Shown here: positions 38,877-52,184 of the stretch, in pieces | Layout of the letters: each line of letters begins with the position of its first letter | Position numbering within the stretch: the first letter of the stretch is position 1 | From: the human T2T-CHM13v2.0 reference genome, Homo sapiens | Length of the DNA stretch: 64,000 bases | Reading direction: 5' to 3' (one strand) | NCBI RefSeq assembly: GCF_009914755.1 | Contig: NC_060947.1 | Notes under the pieces: generated by a model | What the model was told of the DNA's origin: nothing | Database searches by the model: none | What the model saw: only the letters and a program-made list of their open reading frames with translations | Translations under genes and position numbers: made by a program

Positions 38877-39630
38877 TTTTATCTTTTCCTAGTCCTTTTC
38901 CCAGGCATTGTCCCATATTTCTCACCATTCGTCTACTATTACTACTATATTGATCCATAGGAATAGATATTTTAGCATCCCATTGTTGCAATAAGTCTCT
39001 ACCCCATAAATTAACAGGAATAGGTATAATAATAGGCTGAATTGTCTCTTCCTGGCCATCCAACCCTTGACATGGTAAAATCAAGGAACTGTGAAAAATT
39101 TCTGAGGCAGCTCCTACTCCAGCAATACCAATGGGTGCCTTTTGCTTAGGCCAATGCTGGGGCCATTGATTTATAGCAATAATAGAGACATCAGCTCCGG
39201 TATCTACTCGTCCTTCAAAATCTTTTCCCTGAATAGTTACTGTGCAAATAGGTCTTTTGTCAGACACTTGATTAACCCAATATACAGCCTTTCTTGCTGG
39301 ATTAGTACTACCAAAGCCTCCTGCTCTTTTCACTGTGCTGCTCCCTAGTTTTATGTAAGGTAACAGCAACAACTGAGCAATTCTTTCTCCTGGGGAGGCA
39401 GACCATGGAGTTGAGGAAATAATGGCTAATTGAATTTCTCTGGCATAATCAGAATCAATTATTCCCGTATGCACAGTGATACCTTTCAAATTTAGACTAC
39501 CTACGGTTCCTGAGGGTAAAGGTCCTTCAACTCCTGTAGGGACCTTTTTTTGTGGCTGTCTGGGAAGCAAGGAGACGGGAATTACGCTGCAGAGGTCTGT
39601 GACAGCACTGCCTGCTGTGGCAGGGGACAA
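38857..39630 (-). pseudogene. pro: Retroviral pro: dUTPase, aspartic protease, G-patch
   Basis: GIIDSDY, ERIAQLLL and GGFGST (dUTPase); DTGAD and WGRDLL (protease); GKGLGK (G-patch). The frame is open for 257 codons. Confidence 0.93.
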
Positions 39631-39656
39631 TTGTTGAACATTTGTAAGGGCACTGG

Positions 39657-41225
39657 CTATGCTGGATATGCCTCAGTTTGTTGGGCTCGAGGCGGGCCCC
39701 TCTTCCTGTTTCCTGAGAGAGATTGTCCATCTTTGCTAATTTTAGAATGACACTGACTTGCCCAGCGATTGCCTTTTTCACAACGGGGACATACACTGGG
39801 GCTTTTCTGTTGTTTGATGGTAGTAGCTCTCGCCTTTTGGCTTCCTTTTCTGCATTCCTTTTTTGTGTGCCCAAATTGCCCACAATTGAAGCAAGAGCCT
39901 GAGAAATGGGGCATATTCTTTCTGGCTTTTAATCCAGCCATAGCCTGAGCTAAAAGAGTAGCCTTATGTAAGTTACCTCCAGTGCCATTGCAAGCCTTAA
40001 TATATTCAGCTAAATGAGACTTCCCTCTCAGGGGTCTAATAGCAGTTTGACACTCTGCATTAGCATTATCATATGTGAGAAGCTGTATTACAACATCTTG
40101 AGCTGTTTTATCAGTTATGGCTTTATACACAACCTCTTGGAGCCAAGCAATAAAATCAATATATGATTCTTTAGGTCCCTGATGGACAGAACTGAAGGAA
40201 GAATATTTTTCCCCTGTAACATTTATCCTTTCCCATGCCCATAAGCATACAGAGCACAGCTGAGCAATGACAACATCCTCCATTACTGCTTGATATTCTA
40301 GTCAACCCCAATCAGGTCCGACTCCCATTAACTGTTCAAAGTAAACAGGCACAGGTGGTTGTGCTTGTTATTTTCCCTTGCCTGAGTTTGAGCTTCATCA
40401 GCCCACCAGGTTTTAAACTGCAACTACTGAGATGGAGTGAGAACAGATTTTGTTAAAGTATCCCAATCATATGATATTAATCTATTATCAAGAGAAACAT
40501 TTTTTAATAAAGTTTGCACAAAAGAAGAGTTTTACCCATATTGACTAATGGCTTGCTTGAATTCCTTTAACAGTTGAAAAGGAAAGGTAGTCCAGTTAGC
40601 TATATTCTGTCCTCCCTGCTGGATTATAGTTACAGGAAATTGCCATGCTTCAAGATCTCCATTGGCTCTAGCCTTTTGAATAGAGTTTTGTATAGCACCA
40701 CCAATGGCTCCAGGTTTTAATGTTGCAACTACAGGAGCAGTAAGTTTTGTAGCTAATTCATCTTCTCACCCATTAATGGGAGAGAGAGGAGGTGGCCTTT
40801 CACTTAATTCAGCAGTAAAACATACTTTGTTCAGTTTCCCTTTCTTTTCTTTAATTTCCTCCATTTCCTGTTCCTCACATTCAGAATCTGAATTTAGTTC
40901 TTTACACTCATCCTCCTCTTCCGCATCTGAATCTGCCTCATCATCTGTTTGAAATGGCTCAAGAGCTGCTTTTATTAGCACCCACATTGACCAAAACTGA
41001 GACTGGAATTTTTGCTCCATCTTTATACACTTTTAAAAAATCTCTGACAATTCTCTCCCATTGATCCAACTCCATAGTCCCTTGTTCCAGGAACCGTGGG
41101 CAAAACTGCTTTACTGCACTAAAGAGTGATAACAAATTCTGAATACTAACTTTCACTCCCTCTCTTCGTAATAAATGCCTTAAGAAATTTAAATAAGCAG
41201 AATGTCTGCTTTCACTTTGTCCCAT
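39657..41225 (-). pseudogene. gag: Disrupted retroviral gag
   Basis: MGQSES start, MHR QGPKESYIDFI, zinc knuckles CFNCGQFGHTKKEC and degenerate CPRCEKGNRWASQC; fragmented over several ORFs. Confidence 0.95.
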
Positions 41226-41351
41226 TATTACCCTGGTTCTTCCGAGTGCTCAGCTTTCCCACCGAGCTTCTTTTAGATGTCCTCGGGTGTCCTTTGACGA
41301 TGCGTCCTCCACTTTCACATGCTCTGGCATTCCTTCACTGGGTTCTTTGTC

Positions 41352-41369
41352 ACCCCATGTTGGGCACCA
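41352..41369 (-). promoter_or_regulatory. Primer binding site, tRNA-Lys
   Basis: Minus strand tggtgcccaacatggggt versus Lys(CUU) PBS TGGCGCCCAACGTGGGGC; two of the three differences are CpG decay. Confidence 0.9.
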
Positions 41370-44300
41370 GGAATGTTGGAGTGGCCAGACCCAACACCAG
41401 GTCATGGGGGTGATGAAGTCTGATGGAGTCAAAGGATTGAGAAAAGACAGTTTGAGAGAGAGAAGTGGGACCAGGAGGCCATCGTGATTATGGAGCCTGC
41501 AAAGTCCCCGAGCTCTGGGAGCCCATGCTATTTGTTGGTAATCCAACAAAGAAACAGGTGGTGAGAATATGGAGGTTGAAAGGGCAGTTGCATGATCTAC
41601 AGCTGTGATGGTTTAGCATTTATATGGAACATGTTCTGCTACTTGAGATAATGGGAATAGGAGCCTAGGAGGGCTAGAAGCAAGGAGCCAGCAAGTCTAG
41701 ACACATTCCAGAGGACGTTATGTCAGTCATGCAAGCCCTGCCTCAGCTTTCTTCCCAACCCTCAGCTTTTTTCCCAACACTTCGATAAGAAATAAAAACA
41801 TGTTAATGAGCAATAAGTAATCAACTGCAACAACTTATCAAGACATATAGAATACAATAAGATTTAAATTTAAAAAAAGATTTAAAAATGACAGGGCAAA
41901 GTTAAGATGTAGTTTTATTATTCCTTGTTTGCTCCTCATTCAAACAGTTTTAAGTCATTATCAGCTTAAAATAATGGATTATAAGACGATATTGGCAAGC
42001 CTCATAATAACCTCAAACCAAATAACATACAATGAATACAAAAAAATAAAAAGAAAAAAAATAAATCATATCACCAGAGAAAAGTACATTCGCTAAAGAA
42101 AGGCAGGAAGAAAAGAAAAAAGAGAAAATTACAAAACAACCAGAAAGCAGATAGCAAAATGGCAGAAGTAAGTCTTTACTTATCAATAATAATATTGAAT
42201 TTAAATGGACTAAACTCTTCAATCAAAAGATATAGAATGGCTGAATGTATTAAAAAACACGACCCATTGTTCTGTTGCCTGCAAAAAACACACGCCACCT
42301 AAGAAGACACATATAAACAGAAAATAAATGAAAGCAAATCGATATTTCATGGAAATGGTAACCAAAAAAGAATGACAGTAGCTTCAATTATATCAGACAA
42401 AATAGATTTCAAGACAACTTTAAGAGGAAACAAAAAACCACTATATAATGATAAAATGGTCAATTTAGCAAGTGTATATAATAATTTTAAATATATATGC
42501 ATCCAATTATGGAGCACCTAGATATATAAGCAAATATTATTAAAGCTAAAGAGAGAGGTAGGCTCCAATACAATGGTAACTGGAGGCATCAACACTTAAC
42601 TTTCAGTATTGGACAGATCTTCTAGACAGAAAGTCATCAAAGAAACATCAGACTTTATCTGCACTATAGGAAAAAAATTGATCTAATAGATATGTACAGA
42701 ACTTTTTATCCAAGAGCTGCAGAATACACATTCTTTTTATCAGCATATAGATTATTCTCAAGGATAGATGATATGGTAGGTCACAAAACAAGTCCTAAAA
42801 CTTTTAAAAACTTGAAATAATAACAAGTATCTTCTCCGACCACAATGGAATAAAATGAGAAATCAATAAAAACATAAATTTTGGAAATTATACAAACACA
42901 TGGAAATTAAACAACATGCCCCTGAATGACTGGTGGGTTAATGAAGATATTAAGCAGAAAATTGAAAAACTACTGAAACAAATAGCAATGGAAATACAAC
43001 ATACCAAACTCTATGGGATACAGCAAAGCAGTAGTAAGAAGGAAGTTTGTAGCTATAAGTGCCTACATAAGAAATAAGAACAACTTAAAATAAACAATCT
43101 AATGATGCATTTTAAAGAACTAGAAAAGCAAGAGCAAATTAGTAGAAGGAAAGAAAAATAATAAAGATCAGAGCAGAAATAAATGAATTTGAAATAAAGA
43201 AAATTATATAAAAGATCAATAAAACAAAAAGTTGGTTTTCTGAAAAGTTAAATAAAACTGACAAAACTTTTATCAGACTAAGAAAAAAGAGAGGAGATTC
43301 AGATAAATAAAACTGGAGATGAAAAAGAAGACATTAAAGCTGATACTGCAAAAATACAAAGGATAATTAGTGGCTCCTATAAACAAGTATATGCCAATAA
43401 AATGGAAAATCTATTTAAAAATGAACAAATTCCTAGACAAATGCAACCTACCAAGACTGATCCAGAAAAAAATCCAAAACCTGAACAGACCAATAACAAG
43501 TAAGAAGATCAAAGCCATAATAAAAGTCTCCCAGTAAAGAAAAGCCCTGGGACCCCAATGCCTTCACTGTTGATTTCTACCAAATATTTAAAGAAGAATT
43601 AATGCCAATCTTACTCCAACTTTTCTAAATAATGGTGGAGAAGCAGGTACTTCCAAATTAATTCTATGAGGCCAATATTACTCTGATATTAAAACAGGAC
43701 AAAGACACATAAAAAAAAAAAAAACTACCAGTCAATATGTCTGATGAATATTGATGCTAAAATCCTCAACAATGTACTAGTAAACCAAATTCAACAATGC
43801 ATTTCAGAGATTTTTCATCATGAAAAAGTGGGATTTATACCAGAGATGTGAGGATGGCTTAACATATGTAAATCCATTGCCATCTGCAATAACATGGATA
43901 GAACTGGAGGTCATTGTGTAAAGTGAAATGACCCAGGCACAGAAAGAGAAACATCACGTGTTCTCACTTATTTGTGGGATCTAAAGATCACAACAATTTA
44001 ACTCATTGACATAGAGAGTAGAAGGATGGTTATTAGAGGCTGGGAACATAGTGGGGGTCTTATGGGGAAGTGGGCATAATTAAGAGGTTAAAAAATAGAA
44101 AAAATGAATAAGACCTATTATTTGATTACACAATGGGCTGACTATAGTCAATAAGTTAATTTCAGATTTTTAAATAACTAAAAGTGTATAATTAGATTGT
44201 TTGTAACACAAATGATGTATGCTGGAGGGGATGGATACTCCATTTTTCCATGATGTGATTATTTCACATTCCATGCCTTTATCAAAATGTCTCATGTACC

Positions 44301-44616
44301 CCATAAATATATACATCTATGTACCCACAAAAATTGAAAATTAGAAAAAATTAAAAAGAAAGAAAAACAAGAAGCCACTTTTATGAGACACAGAGACAGG
44401 CCTGCATTAAAAACATTAAGATTCATTTAATAATTTTACCTCTGTCTGAATTAATGTAATTTATTATATGACTTGATAATAAATAATTTAAATGTTTGAT
44501 TACTGATGGGATTTTTTTCTGTCATTTTCAAAACTAGAAAGGGATTATAACCTTTTTGTTTAAAATATTGTGAATTCCTTCTGTGTGTGTTTTTCTTTTC
44601 TTTTTTTTTTTTTTTT

Positions 44617-45510
44617 GCCTCCAGAATTGCAAATTATTCAACCCCTCCAGGCCTAGAGACTGTCATATAGATTGTAAGGGTTGGTTTCGAGCAAAACATT
44701 AAATCAGACCTTCCAAATCAAGCATGGGCACACATGTGCCTCAACAGCTGGCCAAAATGCTTGTGTTTTATATAGCTAATTACTACAAGCCAAGATTATG
44801 GTAGCTCAATGAATGGAATATATAGATAAATCAATTTTATATCCTTGCCTCTTGGCTTTTGATTTTTGGCTCTTATGTTGCTTAAATAGGATTTTAACGT
44901 TAATGAGCGCCTGCCCACCTCCACTGCCATCTGGCCTAAAATGTTTAATTGACTATAAGTCTTCTGAGTTTAAGTCTCTTGGTCACAGGTTCCTTCTGAG
45001 GGATATGATTGGCCTGGGGCAGGTAGCACACAACTCGCACATAGATTTGGGATAAAATAAAAGCTTGCCCATCAATACTACCTTGACAAAAAAGGAGGAA
45101 TATAAACTTATACAAATAAAATGAAATAAGATCCTAAGCCCTCCAACAGAATGGAAACCCCTCTAGGCCAAAGAGAATCCCCTCCAAAAAAAAAAAAAAA
45201 GAAAAAAGAAAAAAGCTGAAAAAACTAGCTCTTGCCATGATGGAAAGCTGGGGGTCGAACCCACATCCCTATACCTTTGCTCCCTTGTAATTCAGGTACA
45301 ACTTTTCAGCATTAACATTAAAATAGAGATCATAAAACTGACAGAACAGACCCTTTATGACAATAAATATCAAATTATAAACTGGATCTAAGACCATGCC
45401 AGGCAAGGATTAAGTCTCCACCCAAATATATACAGAGTCATATGTTACATTTATGTTTGTTCAATATACCTGTGTCAGGAACACTTCCATAAACATTCAT
45501 AGCTCCCTTG
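44617..45510 (+). mobile_element. MER4-group ERV1: 3' internal fragment, PPT (~45088-45100) and truncated MER4-like LTR
   Basis: aacccctccaggcctagagact...; aaaaaaggaggaa followed by LTR-like ...atcctaagccctccaac...attaacattaaaatagagatc. Confidence 0.65.
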
Positions 45511-46015
45511 TTTAACCAAGAGACTTCAAGTATTATTAAAAACTTGGAAAAAAGAATGCCCCAAAGATCAATTACAACCAAAATGGAAGGGTACTACGAG
45601 GATATTGTTAAGCACAACCACTGCTGTTTAACTTTAGGGAAATACTAGATGGCTACACCATTGGACCTGTTTTATATGAGTCCCTGCAGTCACCTGAGAA
45701 AGACACCACTATCTACCCTTGTGAAGCCCTGGTAGACCTAAAACTGCTGTTTTGCAAATAAACAGATAAGTAACATCTTTAATCCCTCCTGCAGGTATGC
45801 AACCTTCTTAACAACTGCCATCTCTACTTTATGCTATACCATATACAATTGGTTAAATTGGTTAATGGGTACTCAAAATCAGGTGTCAGGTGAAGTACCC
45901 TTATGCTTTGAGAGACAAGATGACAGCTACTTCTAGGCTGACATCCAGAACATAAACTCCTTCTAACAGACAAAATATAGATGGAATGTCAAAATAAATC
46001 TCTATAGTTAGGTGC
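45511..46015 (+). pseudogene. ERV1 integrase C-terminal (GPY/F) remnant and env start
   Basis: aaaacttggaaaaaagaatgccccaaagatcaattacaaccaaaatggaagggt translates to KTWKKECPKDQLQPKWKG, then ILLSTTTAV after a frameshift. Confidence 0.75.
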
Positions 46016-48331
46016 TGATATGGTTTGGCTCTGTGACCCCACCCAAATCTCACCTTGAATTGTAATAATCCCCACATGTCATGGGAGTGACCCGGGAGGA
46101 GGTAATTAAATCATGGGGGCAGGTTTCTCTCAAGCTGTTCTTATTATAGTAAATAAGTCTAGAAGATCCGAGGGTTTTATAGAGGGGAGTTCCCCTGCAC
46201 ATGTTTTCTTGCCTGCCACCATATACGACATGACTTTGCTCCTTGTTTGCCTTTTGCCATGATTGTGAGGCCTCCCCAGCCATGTGCAACTGTGAGTCCA
46301 TTAAACCTCTTTATAAATTACCCAGTCTTTGATATGTATTTATTAGCAGCATGAGAACAGACTAATATAGTAAATTGAGGCCAGGTAGTGGGGTGCTGCT
46401 GTAAAGATACCTGAAAATGTGGAAGTGACTTTGGAACTGGGTAAAAGGCAGAGCTTTGAAGAGTTTGGAGGGCTCAAAAGAAGATAGGAAAATGTTGGAA
46501 AGTTTGGAACTTCCTTGAGGCTTGTTGAATGGTTTTGACCAAAATGCTGATAGTGATGTGGACAATGAAGTCCAGGTTGAGGTGGTCTCAGATGCAGATG
46601 AGGAAATTTTTGGGAACTGAAGTAAAGGTGACTCTTGCTATGTTTTAGGAAAGAGACTGGTGGCGTTTTGCCCCTGCCCTAGTGATGTTTGGAACTTTGA
46701 ACTTGAGAGAGATGATTTAGGGCATCTGGTGGAAGAAATTTCTAAGCAGCAATGTGTTCAAGAGGTGACCTGGATGTTGTTAAAAGCATTCAATTTTATG
46801 TATTCATAAAATATGATTTTGGATTAGAACTTATGTTTAAAAGGGAAGCAGAGCATAAAAGTTCAGAACATTTTTACCTCGATGATATGATATAAAAGGG
46901 AAACCCATTTTCAGAGGAGAAATTCAACCCAGCTGCAGAAATTTGCATAAGTAATGAGGAGCCAAAAGATAATTGCCAAGACAATGGGGAAAATGTCTCC
47001 AGGGCATGTCAGAGGTCTTCACAGTGGCCTGTTGCATCACAGACCTAGAGGCCTAGGAGGAAAAAATGGTTTTGTGGGCCAGGCCCAGGGACTTGCTGCT
47101 TTGTGCAGTCTCAGGACTTGGTGCCCTGCGTCCTAGGTGGTTAAAAGGGGCCAATGTAGAGCCCTGGCCATTTCTTCAGAGGGTGAAATCCCCAAGGCTT
47201 GGCAGTTTCCACATGATGTTGGGCTTGTGGGTGCACAGAAGTCGAGAATTGAGGTTTTGGAACCTCTGCCTAGATTTAGAGGATGTATGAAAATGCATGG
47301 ATGCATGGGCAGACGTGTGCTGCAAGGCTGGAGCCCTCATGGAGAACCTCTGCTGGGGCAGTGCAGAATGGAAATGTGGGGCTGGAGCCTCCACACAGAG
47401 TCCCCACTGGGTCACTGACTAGTGGAGCTGTAAGAAGAGGGCCACCATCCTCCAGACCCCAGAATTGTAGATCCACCAACAGATTGCCCTGTGTGCCTGG
47501 AAAAACCACAGCCACCAAATGCCAGCCCATGAAAGCAACTATAAAGACTGTACCCTGCAAAGCCCCAGTGGTGGAGCTACCCAAGGGCTTGGGAGCCCAC
47601 TCCTTGCATCATTATGCCCTGGATGTGAGACATGGAGTCAAAGGAGATCATTTAGGAGCTTTAAGGTTTGACTGCCGTGCTGGATTTAGGACTTGAATGG
47701 GGCCAGTAGCCCCTTTGTTTTGGCCAATTTCTCCCATTTTTAAGGGTTATATGTACCCAATACCTGTACCCCCATTGTATCTGGAAAGTAACTAACTTGT
47801 TTTTGATTTTATAGGCTCATAAGCAGAAGGGACTTGCCTTGTCTCAGATGAGACTTTGGACTGTGGGCTTTTGAGTTAATGCTGAAATGAGCTAAGACTT
47901 TGGGGGACTGTTGGGAAGGCATGATTGGTTTTAAAATGTGAGGACATGAGATTTGGAAGGGGCTGGGGCAGAATGATATGATTTGGCTCTGTGTCCCCAC
48001 CCAAATCTCACCTTGAATTGTAATAATCCCCACGTAATGAGAGGGACCCGGTGGGAGATAATTGAATCATTGGGGCGGGTTTTTCCTGTGCTGTCATCAT
48101 GATAGTGAGTAAGTTTCATGAGATCTTATGGTTTTATAAAGGGGAGTTCCCCTGCACATGTTCTTTTGCCTGCCACCACGTCAGACGTGACTTTTCTCTT
48201 CATTTGCCTTCCACCATGACTGTGAGGCATGCTTAGCCATGTGGAACTGTAAGTCAATTAAACCTCTTTCCTCTATAAATTACCCAGTCTCAGGTATGTC
48301 TTCATTAGCAGCATGAGAACAGACTAATACA
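46016..48331 (+). mobile_element. Full-length THE1 (B/C-like): LTRs 46016-46369 and 47974-48331
   Basis: Two tgatatg...actaata(c/t)a LTRs with THE1-int between; perfect 5-bp TSD ggtgc at 46011-46015 and 48332-48336. Confidence 0.95.
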
Positions 48332-48336
48332 GGTGC

Positions 48337-49000
48337 CCAATCTTCTTCTTGGGAATTGTTATGGGCATGTGGGTCTCATGTTTGGCCATCCTATACTACA
48401 ATTGAACTGGACGATGTACTTGGGGTTGTCCCTAACTTCCAGGACATATCCTTTATACATCTAGATTCCCTCGTCACCAACTGGGAAACAGTCAATGCTT
48501 ATAGACAACAAAGCAGGCTTCTCAGTGCTTTTATCCTATGACAATATTCTCTTCTCCGGCAGCAGCTGTGGACATTGAATTTCAGGTAGAAGCCTTAGCA
48601 GAACACATTGCTGCAGCTTTCAATAAACACTAATCAGGCTATCATCACCCTTCTAACAGAAGAATAGTTCCAAATAAGACAAGTAAGTCTACAAACATGT
48701 ATTACTTTAGATATTTTAACTGCAGCCCAGGGGGAATGTGTGCCTTGATTAAAACTAAATGTTGTGTTTATATTTCTGATTACTCCCATAATATATCCCA
48801 GGCTATAAGATCCCTGGAAACTCATATCTTAGTAATTGATTCCCTGTCTCAAGACCTCATAATGGCATGGTTTCATCAGCTCTCCAGCATTTGGAAAGCA
48901 TTTTTTTTGCCATGCTTAGTATTATAGTATTCTTTATTACTAATAATTGTGCTATTTATTTCTGTTGTGCTTGTTGTATATGGCTACAAGATAAAATAGC
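48337..49000 (+). pseudogene. env: ERV1 env remnant (TM subunit)
   Basis: Immunosuppressive-domain-like LQTCITLDILTAAQG, then a frameshift, then CALIKTKCC (CX6CC) at ~48690-48770. Confidence 0.85.
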
Positions 49001-49239
49001 TCAGTTGCTTCTTTGCTCATTTACTTACTAACCTAGTGTATTGACTTTCTAGGATCTATTGGGACATCACACATGCAAGAAACTTTATAGCTCCCTGAAG
49101 AGGCTCACTGTAAACTCTTATAGAGGACTCTGTCCCAGTGATCAATTTCCACTGTCAGAAGGAATAAGTTACAGAAGAATGAGTCTTGCCCTTCATCTCC
49201 CCTTAAGAGTAAGAATTCTTTCATAAATAGAGAGGGAAA

Positions 49240-49754
49240 AGTTAGGAAGCAGGAACCTAAGAAAGCCAGAGTGACACCATCTTAAAACTAGCAAGGCATA
49301 TGTCTTGCCAGTCATGACCCATGGTCCTAAGATGTTTACAGCTAAGGAAGCAGCTTGGTAACGCCTGCAAGGACAAACTCTTAAAATAACCGAAAATCAA
49401 AGTGTCCCAAGACCCATAACAATATATGCTTTCAAGATCATTATAGATATGCTTTCCTGTACTCCACACAATAAATTGTCAAGGATAGTTCTCCTTAAGT
49501 CAATAAAATAATAAATGTTGTCATGCTGTCAGTCCACCCACCCAGAGGCACAGCTTAGTTTAGTTTTTACATAGACAAGACCCCTATATAAGAGAAACTT
49601 AAAACAAAGATGGTGCATTTTTCCACTTGCTTTCTGAGGATGCCTTACTCTGTAACAGAGTAATTTCTAATAAACTTGCCTTTTTCACTGAATTCTGACT
49701 CATTTTGAATTTTTTCCTGCATGAGATCCAAGAATCCTCTCTTTTCTAGTAACA
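49240..49754 (+). mobile_element. ERV1 3' LTR (MER4-group, MER72/MER41-like)
   Basis: PPT agagagggaaaa precedes it; agccagagtgacaccatcttaaaa near the start, AATAAA at ~49669, end ctagtaaca. The family name is uncertain. Confidence 0.7.
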
Positions 49755-49762
49755 TTACTTTC

Positions 49763-52184
49763 TTTTTTTCTTTTTAAATGTACTGTTTTCTTTCTTTTAA
49801 CATTTATTTTGGGTTTAAGGGTACATGTGCAGGATTGTTACATAGGTAACCTGCATGTCATGGGGTTTCGGTGTACAGATTATTTAGTCACACAGAAAAA
49901 CAAAGTACTTAATAAGTATTTTTTAATCCTCTTTCTTCTCCTACCCTTCATCTTCAAGTAGGCCCCAGTGTCTGTTGTTCCCCTATTTGTGTCCATGTGT
50001 TCTTCTTGTGTAACTTCCATTTATAAGTGAGAACATAAGGTATTTGGTTTTCTGTTCCTGGTTAGTTTGCTTAGGATAATCGTCTCCAGCTCTATCCATA
50101 TGGCTGCAAAGGACATGATCCAATTCTTTTTTAAGGATGCATAGTATTCCATGATGTATATTTACCACATTTTCTTTATCCAGTATAGTGTTGATGGGCA
50201 TTTAGGTTGAATCCATGTCTTTGCTATTGTGAATAGTGCTGCAATAAACATGTGTGTGCATCTGTTTTATGGTACAATAAATTATATTCCTTTGGGTATA
50301 TACCAAATAATAGGTTTGCTGGGTCAAATGGTAATTGTTTTAAGATATTTGAGAAACCAGCACACTGTCTTCCACAGTGGCTGAACTAATTTGCACTCTC
50401 ACCAGCAATGTATAAATGTTCCCTTTTCTCTGCAGCCTGGCCAGCATCTATTGTTTTTAGACTTTTTAATCGTAGTCATGCTGACTGATGTGAAAGGTAA
50501 CTCATTGTGGTTTGTGTTTTTCTAATAATTAGTGCCGTTGAACATTTTTTTATGCTTTTTGGCTGCATGTGTGTCTTCTTTTGAGAAGTGTCTGTTCATG
50601 TACTTTGCCCACTTTTTAATGTTTGTGTGTGCGCTTGTAAATTTGTTTGAGTTTCTAATAGATTGTGGATATTAAACTTTTGCCAGATGCGTAGTTTGCA
50701 AATATTTTCTCCCCTCTGAAGGATGTCTCTTTACTCTGTTGATAGTTCCTTTGCTGTTCAAAAGCCCTTCAGTTTGTTTAGGTCCCATTTGTCTAATTGT
50801 CTATTTTTTGTTCTTGTTTCAAATACTTTTGGCATCTTTGTTATAAAATCTTTGCCAGGTCATATGTCCAGAATGGTATTTCCTAGGTTTGCTTTCAGGA
50901 TTTTTATAGTTTTACATTTTAAAGTGAAGTCTTTAATCTATCTTGAGCTGGTTTTAATACAACTCAGTTGTATTAAGAGTTTCAGTTTCAATTATCTATA
51001 TATGACTAACCAGTTATCCCAGCACCATTTATTGAATAGAGAGTCTTTTAGCCATTGCTTGATTTTGTCAGTTTTGTCAAAGATCAGATGGTTGTAAGTG
51101 TGCAGCATTATTTCTAAGCTCTGCATTCTGTTCCATTTGTCTGTGTGTCTGTATTTTTATGAGTGCCATGCTGTTTTGCTTACTGTAGTATTTTAATATA
51201 GTTTGAAGTCGAGTGACGTGATGCCTCCAGCTTTGTTCTTTTTGCATAGGATTGCCTTGGATATTCAGGCTCTTTTTTGGTTCTGTGTAAATTTTAGAGT
51301 ACTTTATTTTTTAATTATGTGAAAAAATGCAATTGGTAGGTTGACAGGAATAGCATTTAAATTGTAAATTGCTTTGGGCAATATGGCTATTTTAACAATA
51401 TTAATTCTTCCTGTCCATGAGCATGATTTTTCCATGTTTGTGTCATCTCTGATTTCTTTGAGCAGTGTTTTGTAATTTTCATTGTAGTAATACTTTACCT
51501 CCCTGTTTAGCTGTATACCTAGCTATTTTGTTCTTTTTGTGGCTATTGTGAATGAAATAAAATTATTGATTTGGCTCTGAGCTTGGAGGTTGTTGGTGTA
51601 TAGGAATGCTAGTAATTTTTTGTACATTGATTTTCTTTTTCCTGAAATTTTGTTGAGGTTGTTTTTCAGATCTAGGAGCTTTAGGGCAGATACTATGGGG
51701 TTTTCTAGGTATAGAATAATGTTTTCTGCAAGCAGGGGTAGTTTGACATCCTCTCTTCCTATTTGGATGTCTTTACTTCTTTCTCTTGCCTGATTGCTCT
51801 GACCAGGATTTCCAGTGCTATGTTGAATAGGAGTGGTAAAAGGGGGCATCCTTGTCTTGCGCTGGTCTTAATGGGGACTGCTTACAACTTTTGCCTATTC
51901 AGTATGATGCTGGCTGAGAGTCTGTAATAGATGGCTCTTATTGGTTTAGGGTATGTTCCTACAATGTATAATTTATTAAGAGTTTTGAACATAAAGAGAT
52001 ATTGAATTTTATCATAAGCCTTTCCTCCATATGTTAAGAAAATTCTGTGGCTTCTGTTTTGAGCTCTGTTTATGAGATGAATTATGTTCTCTAATTCGCG
52101 TGTGTTGAACCAACCTTGTGTCCCAGAAATGAAGCCTATTTGATTTTAGTGAGTTAGCTTTTTGATGTGCTGCTGAATTATTAA
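49763..52184 (-). mobile_element. 5'-truncated L1PA (old PA subfamily)
   Basis: Antisense 3' UTR and ORF2; perfect 13-bp TSD taacattactttc at 49750-49762 and 52185-52197. Confidence 0.93.

Larger units (their letters stand above)
35251..41779 (-). mobile_element. Env-less betaretrovirus-like provirus, HERV-K14/HML-1 type (LTR14-family LTRs: 3' LTR 35251-35647, 5' LTR 41374-41779)
   Basis: Two homologous ~400-bp TG...CA LTRs, 6-bp TSD cttcaa / cttcga, Lys PBS, PPT, gag-pro-pol order and no env. Confidence 0.92.
32225..44370 (+). mobile_element. Long L1MA (MA1/2-like): 5' UTR ~32225-34330, ORF1 to 35250, interrupted by provirus, ORF2 ~42165-43875, internal deletion, 3' UTR to ~44370
   Basis: 5' UTR subunits (gactttgtcttgca); ORF1 end ctacaagaaatgctaaagggagttcttc; ORF2 endonuclease (ctccgaccacaatgg) and RT start; L1MA 3' end catgtaccccataaatatatac. 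Confidence 0.88.

Noticed and set aside
46954-47696. ORFs in the THE1 internal region
   Set aside because: Decayed MaLR internal frame fragments, not a host gene.
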